A stretch of DNA of 64,000 bases, from NCBI GenBank assembly GCA_963785235.1, contig CAWAUM010000007.1, positions 224,001 to 288,000 of the forward strand, in the 5' to 3' direction. The position numbers and the translations under genes were made by a program. A model generated the notes under the pieces. The model saw only the letters and a list, made by a program, of their open reading frames with translations. It made no database searches and was not told the origin of the DNA. The DNA is from an uncultured delta proteobacterium (lineage in GTDB: Bacteria > Desulfobacterota > Desulfomonilia > UBA1062). Shown here one piece after another: positions 20,711-28,812 of the stretch (the stretch's first letter is position 1; every line of letters starts with the position of its first letter).

Positions 20711-22555
20711 ATGAAGAACAGGCTTACCAGCAACATCAAGGAAGAGCAGGCTGTGGATCTCACCAGAAAGATCATTGAGCTTGAAGAATCAACCCGCGGG
20801 TATGAGCGCAGGAGCACGTTCTTCGAACTGCTCATCAGGAGCCTGCCAGGACTGTTCTACGCCTTTGATGACAAGTTCCAGGTGCATATGTGGAACAAGA
20901 ATGTAGAGAAGGTCACCGGGTATATTGCCGATGAAATCCCGGAGCATAGCCTCTTCGAACTGTTTGACGGTGATGACCTCAAGTTCATTCAGGATACCAT
21001 CCAGAATGTGTTCAAGACCGGCGAGGGAGTGGCGGAGGCGATCCTCATTACAAAAGACGGCAGGCGGATCCCCTATTTTTTTACAGGGGTCAGTGCAGTG
21101 ATCGAGGGCACGCCTTACCTCCTGGGTATGGGGCTGGATATCAGCATCCTGAAAGGGGCCGAAGCTGCGTTGCTGGAGAGTGAGGCCCTTTACCGCACCT
21201 TTGCCGCGCGCATGACCGAAGGAGTGACGCTCATTCATGAAGATAAATTCGTGTTCGTGAACAATGCCTTTGCCTCCATGCTCGGATTTTCCGATCCCAA
21301 TGAGATCCTTGGTCAGGATGTCATGGGCTTTGTGAGCAAGGAATTCGAGATGTATTTCAGGGAACTTTTCGAGTCCATCGTAAAGGGCATGTCAAAGGAA
21401 CGTTTTTTCCAGGCCCGGTGGATGAGGGACAAAAAACAGGAGATATGGGTAGAAGGCAGGGGCAACCTTATCCAGTGGAAAGGGAATCCTACCGTTCTGC
21501 TCACAGCACGCGACATCACCGAGACCAAGCTCAAAGAGATCTCCATGCAGGAGGAGGCCGCATACCTCAGAAGGGAAAACGTAACCCTGAGATCATCCAT
21601 TAAAGACCGTTACCGCTTCGGTGACATCATCGGCAAGAGCTCGGCTATTCAGGAAGTCTATGAGCTCATCCTCAACTCGGCAGCCACTGGTGCCAATGTC
21701 ATCATCTATGGCGAGTCCGGCACCGGCAAGGAGCTGGTAGCCAAGGCCATACACCAGTTTTCCAGCCGCTCCGCCAGTCCCTTTGTCCCGGTCAACTGTG
21801 CGGCCATACCCGATAACCTTATCGAAAGTGAATTCTTTGGTTATAAGAAGGGGGCCTTCACCGGCGCCAATACCGATAAACAGGGATATTTGGATATGGC
21901 CCACGGGGGGACCTTGTTCCTCGACGAGGTGGGCGAACTGGGGTTGAATCTCCAGGCTAAACTCCTTCGCGCCATAGAGGGCAGCGGCTATTCGCCGGTG
22001 GGCGGCAATATCACCAAACATTCGGATTTCAGGATTATCGCGGCAACCAACAAGAACCTGCTGGAGTATACGAAAAAGGGCCTCATGCGGGAGGATTTCT
22101 TCTACAGGATCCATATCATACCCATACAGCTCCCCGCACTCAGGCAGCGTAAAGATGACATACCTCTCCTGGTAGAGCACTTCTTGAGAATCTATTCCCC
22201 TGGAAAAAGACTTCCTTCCGTCTCGGGCCATGTGCTGGAGGCGCTCCAGAATTATGACTGGCCGGGCAATGTGCGTGAGCTGCAGAATGTCATCCAGCGT
22301 TATCTTACGGTAAAGAGGATCGACTTCCTTACCCCGGCAACCCAGGAGCCACCTGAGATCTTCAACCAGGCACAGGCCTCGCTGGACAAGGGTAAAAAGG
22401 ACCTCAAGCTTCATGACTACACCGAGAACATCGAGAAGGCAGTAATCATGGATGCGCTGAGCCAGCATCGCTGGAACAAGAGCAAGGCATCAGAGGCATT
22501 GATGATTTCCCGCAAGACACTTCAAAGAAAGATGAAACGGCTCGGGCTGGTGTGA
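20711..22555 (+). CDS. Sigma54-dependent transcriptional activator with two PAS domains
   Basis: GESGTGKE, GAFTGA, FLDEVGE, WPGNVRELQN, Fis-type HTH; two N-terminal PAS-like segments. Confidence 0.95.
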   Translation: MKNRLTSNIKEEQAVDLTRKIIELEESTRGYERRSTFFELLIRSLPGLFYAFDDKFQVHMWNKNVEKVTGYIADEIPEHSLFELFDGDDLKFIQDTIQNVFKTGEGVAEAILITKDGRRIPYFFTGVSAVIEGTPYLLGMGLDISILKGAEAALLESEALYRTFAARMTEGVTLIHEDKFVFVNNAFASMLGFSDPNEILGQDVMGFVSKEFEMYFRELFESIVKGMSKERFFQARWMRDKKQEIWVEGRGNLIQWKGNPTVLLTARDITETKLKEISMQEEAAYLRRENVTLRSSIKDRYRFGDIIGKSSAIQEVYELILNSAATGANVIIYGESGTGKELVAKAIHQFSSRSASPFVPVNCAAIPDNLIESEFFGYKKGAFTGANTDKQGYLDMAHGGTLFLDEVGELGLNLQAKLLRAIEGSGYSPVGGNITKHSDFRIIAATNKNLLEYTKKGLMREDFFYRIHIIPIQLPALRQRKDDIPLLVEHFLRIYSPGKRLPSVSGHVLEALQNYDWPGNVRELQNVIQRYLTVKRIDFLTPATQEPPEIFNQAQASLDKGKKDLKLHDYTENIEKAVIMDALSQHRWNKSKASEALMISRKTLQRKMKRLGLV

Positions 22556-22655
22556 CCGGAAGTGGGCGCTTGTGACCCATGGATATCAATAAATCGACTT
22601 TGTATTTTAATAACAGCAAGTTATATGCTCCGATTTTATTTATACCCCTAGATCC

Positions 22656-22671
22656 GGGACACTTCTGTCCC
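22656..22671. promoter_or_regulatory. Putative enhancer (UAS) palindrome
   Basis: Perfect GGGACA-CTTC-TGTCCC, ~92 bp upstream of the -24 GG. Confidence 0.6.
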
Positions 22672-22746
22672 ACTGTCCATGTACCTGCCTTAATCCTGCC
22701 TTAAGAATACCTACGTAATATCAGCAGAGTAAATACGATTATCCTC

Positions 22747-22763
22747 TTGGCACTATCCTTGCT
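22747..22763 (+). promoter_or_regulatory. Sigma54 (-24/-12) promoter of the mutase/ass operon
   Basis: TTGGCACTATCCTTGCT, consensus GG-N10-GC, directly downstream of a sigma54 activator gene. Confidence 0.85.
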
Positions 22764-22855
22764 CTATCTTGGATAGGGACATGTAACCACAGATCTGATG
22801 TCTCAGCCTTTGAAGTTTTCTTGTTGATTGGCATGTTCCAGCGAAGGGGGTTCAC

Positions 22856-23326
22856 ATGGGTCAGGATTCAAAGATCCGCATTCTCATCGCCAAACCAGGT
22901 CTTGACGGGCATGAACGGGGCGCACACGTGGTGGCCTACGGGCTCAGGGACGAAGGCTTCGAGGTAATTTACACGGGCTTGCGCCAGACTCCAGAGCAGA
23001 TCGTTTCCGCAGCCGTCCAGGAAGATGTCGCCGTCATCGGTCTCTCCATCCTTTCGGGGGCTCACCTCTCGCTGACTAAAAAAGTCATGGAAGGCCTCAA
23101 GGCCAAAGGCGCAGAAGACATCCTGGTTACCGTTGGGGGCATCATTCCTGAAGGAGACAGAAAAGCCCTTGAAAAAATGGGTGTGGGCGGCATCTTCACC
23201 TCAGGCGCGAAGATCAAGGATATTGCGGCATTCATCCGCACAAAGCTCAGAGAAGAAATGCCGTATGAAGAAAATATGGGAATATTTGCTGAAGGTGCCC
23301 TAACCACTGTCAAGGACAGGACATGA
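22856..23326 (+). CDS. Acyl-CoA mutase, cobalamin-binding small subunit
   Basis: AKPGLDGHERG (DxHxxG), GLSILSGAH, GGIIP. Confidence 0.93.
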   Translation: MGQDSKIRILIAKPGLDGHERGAHVVAYGLRDEGFEVIYTGLRQTPEQIVSAAVQEDVAVIGLSILSGAHLSLTKKVMEGLKAKGAEDILVTVGGIIPEGDRKALEKMGVGGIFTSGAKIKDIAAFIRTKLREEMPYEENMGIFAEGALTTVKDRT

Positions 23327-25071
23327 AGGACAATAGAAAAAAGATTGAAGAGGCTGCGAGGAAGTGGGAGGCTGAGATTCTCAATCCTCGCGTGAAGAGG
23401 TTTAACCTGGGCAAGAGTCCTACGAGCTTCCACACCCCCTTGTCAATGAATGGTTCTCAATTCCTGGAAAAAGTCGGATTTCCCGGCCAGTACCCGTTCA
23501 CTGCAGGGAACAATCCCTTTGACTTCTGGAACGCACATGCACGCTCAGCTGCAAAGCTCGGTTACCGGCCCGACTGGGGCGGAGCAGGCGGGGTCGGTAA
23601 ATACGGCGGGTTCGGAACCCCTGCCGATTATCGTGATTATTTATTGAGGATGCAGTCCATGGGACGCAAGGGCGGGCCCAACATCGCCTTTGACCTGGCG
23701 ACCCAGTGCGGATACGACTCTGACAGCCCCTATGCCGAGGGAGAAGTGGGCCGGGTTGGGGTTGCCATAGACTCTCTGCAAGACTTTGCAGTCATCTACG
23801 AGGCCTATACCGGAGATCTCGACATCGACAAGGTGCCGTCCAACTTCACCATCAATGCCCCTGCTGCAATCATCATCGCCATGTATGCCTGTCTTGCCAA
23901 GAAGCGTGGTATCCCGCTTGATAAGTTGAGGGGTACGCCCCAAAACGACATCCTCAAAGAATTCATCGCCCGAGGAACATACATTTATCCACCAAAGCCT
24001 TCCTTGAGGCTGTTCCGCGATACGTGCGTATTCTGCCGTAAGCACATGAGAGCGCTCAACATAAATTCCATCGGAGGCTACCATATGAGGGAGGCCGGAG
24101 CCACACGCACCCAGGATCTGGCATTCTCCATGGCCAACGGCATTGCCTATATCGAGGCCGGTCTCGAAGGCGGACTTGCCGTCGATGAGTTCGCGCCTGC
24201 ATTCACCTTCAATGCATTCGGCGGCAGCATGGAGATCTATAATGAAATAGCATTCCAGAGGGCGGCCCGCAGGATGTGGGCGCATATCCTCAAAGATCGC
24301 TTCGGCGCAAAAGATCCCAGGAGCATGATGATCCGCCAGCCCATCACGGCTCACATCGGATGCTCCAGCACCACGCTCCAGAGACCGCTCAACAATCTCG
24401 CCCGAGCCGTTGTCGGCGGAATGGCGGCCGGCATGTCCGGCGGCATTCCCGGTGCATTCCCTCCCTTTGACGAGCCGCTGGGGCTCGGACATTCCCAGGA
24501 GGCAGTCCAGCTACAGCTCGATGCCACCAGGATCATGATCTACGAGGCCAAGGTGACAGACGTATGCGATCCATGGGCTGGATCCTATTTTATGGAATCG
24601 ATCACGGACGCCACCGAGGAAGCGGCGGCAACCGAGATGGCAAAGATCGAGAAGATGGGGGGAGCGGTTGCGGCCATAGAAAACGGTTACATGCAAAAGG
24701 CAGTGGCCAAGAGTGCATACGAGCGCCAGAAGCTCATCGAGAAGCAGGAGGATTTCGTGGTGGGGGTGAACTGCTTTACTGAGGCTACCGAGATAGAGGT
24801 GTCAGTCAACCGCATGGTGGAAGCGACCTATGACCCAGGGCTCATGAAGACGGCCGAAGAGCGTCAGAAAAAAAATCTGGCCCGATTCAAGAGGGAAAGG
24901 CATGGCAAGGCTGTCCTTACCACTCTTAAGAATCTTAAAAGTCAGGCCGCAGACAAAGACAAGAACCTCATGCCCGCCATCTGTGAATGTGTGGAAAACG
25001 ACGCGACCCTCCAGGAGATCTGCGATGTGCTCCGCGAGGTCTTTGGTGAGTCCCAGCCCATAAAACTCTAG
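23323..25071 (+). CDS. Acyl-CoA mutase large subunit (methylmalonyl-CoA mutase family; probable (1-methylalkyl)succinyl-CoA mutase)
   Basis: AFDLATQCGYDSD, GEVGRVGVAIDS, QNDILKEFIARGTYIYPP, GYHMREAGA; located in the ass operon. Confidence 0.9.
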   Translation: MKDNRKKIEEAARKWEAEILNPRVKRFNLGKSPTSFHTPLSMNGSQFLEKVGFPGQYPFTAGNNPFDFWNAHARSAAKLGYRPDWGGAGGVGKYGGFGTPADYRDYLLRMQSMGRKGGPNIAFDLATQCGYDSDSPYAEGEVGRVGVAIDSLQDFAVIYEAYTGDLDIDKVPSNFTINAPAAIIIAMYACLAKKRGIPLDKLRGTPQNDILKEFIARGTYIYPPKPSLRLFRDTCVFCRKHMRALNINSIGGYHMREAGATRTQDLAFSMANGIAYIEAGLEGGLAVDEFAPAFTFNAFGGSMEIYNEIAFQRAARRMWAHILKDRFGAKDPRSMMIRQPITAHIGCSSTTLQRPLNNLARAVVGGMAAGMSGGIPGAFPPFDEPLGLGHSQEAVQLQLDATRIMIYEAKVTDVCDPWAGSYFMESITDATEEAAATEMAKIEKMGGAVAAIENGYMQKAVAKSAYERQKLIEKQEDFVVGVNCFTEATEIEVSVNRMVEATYDPGLMKTAEERQKKNLARFKRERHGKAVLTTLKNLKSQAADKDKNLMPAICECVENDATLQEICDVLREVFGESQPIKL

Positions 25072-25086
25072 GAAGAGGTCTGTTAC

Positions 25087-26070
25087 ATGGAAGACATGCT
25101 CAAGAGATTGATCGATAGAGCCAGGCAAGGAGACGAAAGGTCCCTTGCTCGGCTCATCTCGCATGTCGAAGACCGCAGGCCGGGCTGGAAGGACGCCATG
25201 AAGACCATGTACTCCCATACGGGCCGTGCATGTGTCATCGGGATTACGGGTTCTCCGGGGGCGGGCAAGAGCACCCTGGTGGGCGAGATCGCCAAGAGAC
25301 TTGCGGATGATGGCTGCACCATCGGCATTATCGCGGTTGACCCGTCGAGCCCGTTCTCGGGCGGGGCGCTGCTGGGAGACCGCATCAGGATGCGTGACAT
25401 CAGCACCGTTAAGGGCATCTTCATCCGGTCCATGGCTACCCGCGGTGTGCTGGGAGGCCTGTGCCAGGCGGCAAAAGACGTGGTGAGGATCATGGATTTT
25501 GCGCGCAAGGACGTGGTTCTCATCGAGACCGTGGGTGTGGGACAGGACGAGATCGAGGTGGTGAGCGCTTCCGACCATGTGATGCTTGTAACCTTTCCGG
25601 GAGGCGGTGACGGCATCCAGGCCATCAAGGCAGGCGTTATGGAGATCGCCGACCTGTTCGTGGTGAACAAGTCCGACCGCGGCGGCGCCGACGAGACGGC
25701 CTCTGAGATCTCGGCCATGCTCGATCTCTCAACCGAGACAAAAGAAGAGATACCGCCCGTCATCAAGACCTCGGCCGTCACCAGGGATGGACTGACTGAG
25801 CTCGTGACCATCCTCCTGGAATACATCCATCAGAAAAAGGCCGGGCTTCCCATCCGGAAGGCCAATGTGCGTCAGGAGATTCTGGGCATCCTTGAGCGCG
25901 AGGTCACCAGCCTCATCAGGGAGCGGATCATGGGCAACGGGAAACTGGATGCAGACATCGAGAGGATAATGGCAGGCAAAAGCGATCCCTACAGCGCGGC
26001 AGACGGAATAATCGCCAGGTTCGCTTTCATGAAGGGCTTGGACAAAACACACGAAGGAGACCCTCAATGA
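25087..26070 (+). CDS. meaB: Mutase-associated GTPase chaperone MeaB
   Basis: GITGSPGAGKST, AVDPSSPFSGGALLGDRIRM, ETVGVGQDE, NKSD. Confidence 0.95.
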   Translation: MEDMLKRLIDRARQGDERSLARLISHVEDRRPGWKDAMKTMYSHTGRACVIGITGSPGAGKSTLVGEIAKRLADDGCTIGIIAVDPSSPFSGGALLGDRIRMRDISTVKGIFIRSMATRGVLGGLCQAAKDVVRIMDFARKDVVLIETVGVGQDEIEVVSASDHVMLVTFPGGGDGIQAIKAGVMEIADLFVVNKSDRGGADETASEISAMLDLSTETKEEIPPVIKTSAVTRDGLTELVTILLEYIHQKKAGLPIRKANVRQEILGILEREVTSLIRERIMGNGKLDADIERIMAGKSDPYSAADGIIARFAFMKGLDKTHEGDPQ

Positions 26071-27410
26071 GTGGAAATGGTGCAGGCTTTACCGCAAAGC
26101 TCGCCTCGTTCATCTCTCATACGGACGCTGATAAAATCCCGCAGTGGGCGTATGAGCATGCCAAGGTGGCATTCATGGACTGGCTTGCCGTTACCTTTGC
26201 CGGCAAGGACGACCCGTTGGTGGCAAAGCTCATGGACTATACCGACATGATGGGGGGCAATGAGCAGGCCACCATTATCGGCTATCACCGGAAAAAGGAC
26301 GTGAGCAGCGCAGCCCTCATCAACGGAAGCGCCTCTCATGCCCTGGATTACGATGACACGCTGGTCTCCTTCCTGGGGCACCCTTCCGTGACCATCTTCC
26401 CGGCCCTGCTGGCCCTTTCCGAGTGGAGGGGCAAATCCGGCCGTGAATTCCTCACCGCCTACCTCATCGGCCTGCAGGCCGGAGGCACCGTGGGTGCCTG
26501 CGCAAGCCTCGACCATTACATGGCAGGATGGCACGCCACCTCGACTTTGGGGCACCTTGCTTCTGCAGCAGCGTGCTCGCGCCTGCTTGGCCTGTCCGAG
26601 AAACAGACCGTCTATGCCCTGGGCATCGGCGGCACCCAGGCCTCAGGGCTCAAGCGCGTGTTCGGGACCATGTGCAAGCCATTCCATGCAGGCCGGGCTT
26701 CCCAGTCAGGCCTCATGGCGGCCCTTCTGGCAGAGCAGGGGTTTACGAGCGCCGAGGACATCCTGGAAGGCCCCCAGGGTTTCTTCGAGGCCCTGAAGGG
26801 CAAGGTGAACGAAGATATCGTCGCTATGCTGGGTCTGGGATGGGACGTTCAGAACCTTTCGCAGAAATACCATGCGTCCTGCCATGCCACCCATTCACCT
26901 CTTGAGGCGGCCCTGACTGTGATCAAATCCGAAAACATCACGCTCGATAATATCAAGACCATCACAGTCCATGCCTCCACCCTATCCCTGCAGGCGGCAG
27001 GCAAGACCGAGCCGGCCACCGGTCTGGAGGGAAAATTCAGCATTTCCTACTGTGTGGCCAATGCCCTGCTGCGAGGCGTGACAGGCATGCAGGCCTTCAC
27101 GGACGAGAAGGTGAATGACCCAGCGGTAAGGGAGATTATGAAGAAGATCAAGGTGATCAACGACCCTGAGATAAAGGCACTGGAATCCCTTGTGGAGGTG
27201 GAGACTGGGGACGGTAAAAGGTTCAGTTCCTTTTCAGACATCCTCCAGCAGATCCCGCCCCTGGAGGTCAAGAAGGAGCGCGTGGCCAGCAAGTTCCTCG
27301 ATCTGTGCGGGCCTGTGCTGGGGAAGAGGAAATCCCTTGCGCTGAAGAAAAGGATCGAGGCCATGGATACGCTTCAGGACATGGGAGATATGGCGGAGAG
27401 TCTCTTATGA
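26067..27410 (+). CDS. MmgE/PrpD family protein (candidate alkylsuccinate epimerase)
   Basis: [34 protein letters not shown]; family commonly found next to ass genes. Confidence 0.88.
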   Translation: MSGNGAGFTAKLASFISHTDADKIPQWAYEHAKVAFMDWLAVTFAGKDDPLVAKLMDYTDMMGGNEQATIIGYHRKKDVSSAALINGSASHALDYDDTLVSFLGHPSVTIFPALLALSEWRGKSGREFLTAYLIGLQAGGTVGACASLDHYMAGWHATSTLGHLASAAACSRLLGLSEKQTVYALGIGGTQASGLKRVFGTMCKPFHAGRASQSGLMAALLAEQGFTSAEDILEGPQGFFEALKGKVNEDIVAMLGLGWDVQNLSQKYHASCHATHSPLEAALTVIKSENITLDNIKTITVHASTLSLQAAGKTEPATGLEGKFSISYCVANALLRGVTGMQAFTDEKVNDPAVREIMKKIKVINDPEIKALESLVEVETGDGKRFSSFSDILQQIPPLEVKKERVASKFLDLCGPVLGKRKSLALKKRIEAMDTLQDMGDMAESLL

Positions 27411-27478
27411 TCATTTGTGCAAGGCAAGATACTGAAGCTTCATTACCATCATTCACTCGGACACAGGGGGAGCAAGGA

Positions 27479-28518
27479 ATGGAAGAGCGTGTGCTGATCA
27501 CCGATATTGCCAGGTTCGCCGTGAATGACGGTCCGGGAATTAGGACAAACGTTTTCATGAAAGGCTGTCCTCTTAAGTGTGCCTGGTGCCACAATCCCGA
27601 AACCATTGCAGCAAAGCCCCGAATTATACTGGAAGAGCAGGCTCTGTGTCGCAGTGCGGGGCATGTCTTGAGGTCTGCCCGAAGGATGCCATCATGCCTC
27701 CCATAGCACCCGAGCGCTCAAGCAGCGAAGGCTCAACCTATCACAAGATAAACCGCACGAGGTGCGATGGTTGCATGAAGTGCGTGGATGTCTGCAGGTA
27801 TGAGGCCCTGCAGGTGACGGGTAAAGCCATGGGCATATCCGAGATCCTTGACGAGGTGGAGCGGGACAGGCCATTCTACAACAATCGGGCAGGAGGCATG
27901 ACCGTAAGCGGCGGCGAGCCCACGGCGCATTCTGCATTCACTCTGGAGCTGCTCAAGGGGGCAAGGGCGCGTTCGATCCACACCTGCCTTGACACCAATG
28001 GATACTGCGACTTCAGTGTCTTAAAGGAGATTGCGGAATATACGGATATCGTCCTTTTTGACCTGAAGCACCTTGACCCTGGAAGGCACCTCGAAAAGAC
28101 CGGGGTCAATAACAGCCTCATCCTGAAAAACCTTGAACTGCTCTGCGGAACCGGCTCTGAGATCTGGATACGCATTCCCGTGGTTCCGGGGTTCAATGAC
28201 ACCATAGAGTTCCATCGGGAGGCATCCGTTTTTCTCGCCTCCCTTGACGGACATGTGACACGCATCGATCTCCTGCCGTTCCACAACTGGTGCCAGGATA
28301 AGTATTCCTGGCTCGGTATCGACTGGTCATATCGCGAAACAGAAGCCCTGGATCCCTCGTTCCTGGAGATCCATGCGGACGTCTATCGCCAATATGGCCT
28401 TGTGACAACAGTGGGCGGGTCAGGGTTTGAAGACACAGGCACGGCAGCCAAGCCCGGGGAGTACTCGGAGACTTCGAGCCGTAAAGGCAATATCATAAGC
28501 CAGATGGAAAAGGTGTGA
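27479..28518 (+). CDS. assD: Alkylsuccinate synthase activating enzyme; indels near 27620-27650
   Basis: [26 protein letters not shown] plus ferredoxin motifs CGACLEVCP and [11 protein letters not shown]; directly upstream of assC/assA. Confidence 0.88.
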
Positions 28519-28574
28519 TGAGTTTAAACATGAAGCCAAAATTAAAAAATGAGCAGTGAAAGGGGGTGATATTG

Positions 28575-28739
28575 ATGACGTTATGCAAGGAGTGCAAGAA
28601 ATTTTTTCCCGTACAGGGAGACCCGAAAAAGGGGGATTGCGTTTCAAGAGAGGTTGATCCGAGGCAGGCCTACTACAAGGCGAAGCCCGTAGTTGCGGAT
28701 AAGGATGCGAGTTCGTGCTCTTCGTTTGAGAAGAGATGA
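28575..28739 (+). CDS. assC: Alkylsuccinate synthase gamma subunit (BssC/MasC family, 54 aa; absent from the ORF track)
   Basis: Translated by hand: MTLCKECKKFFPVQGDPKKGDCVSREVDPRQAYYKAKPVVADKDASSCSSFEKR; four-Cys pattern of BssC/TutF; RBS AGGGGGTG. Confidence 0.88.
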   Translation: MTLCKECKKFFPVQGDPKKGDCVSREVDPRQAYYKAKPVVADKDASSCSSFEKR

Positions 28740-28812
28740 AAACAGATCAGGGACTGACCAAAAAAGATGGAAGTCAGCTGAGAAGTCAAACGGTAACAAG
28801 GGAGGAAATATT

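Noticed and set aside
28693-28812. 40-aa N-terminal extension of AssA
   Set aside because: It overlaps assC, and the ATG at 28813 has a GGAGG RBS and gives the typical AssA start
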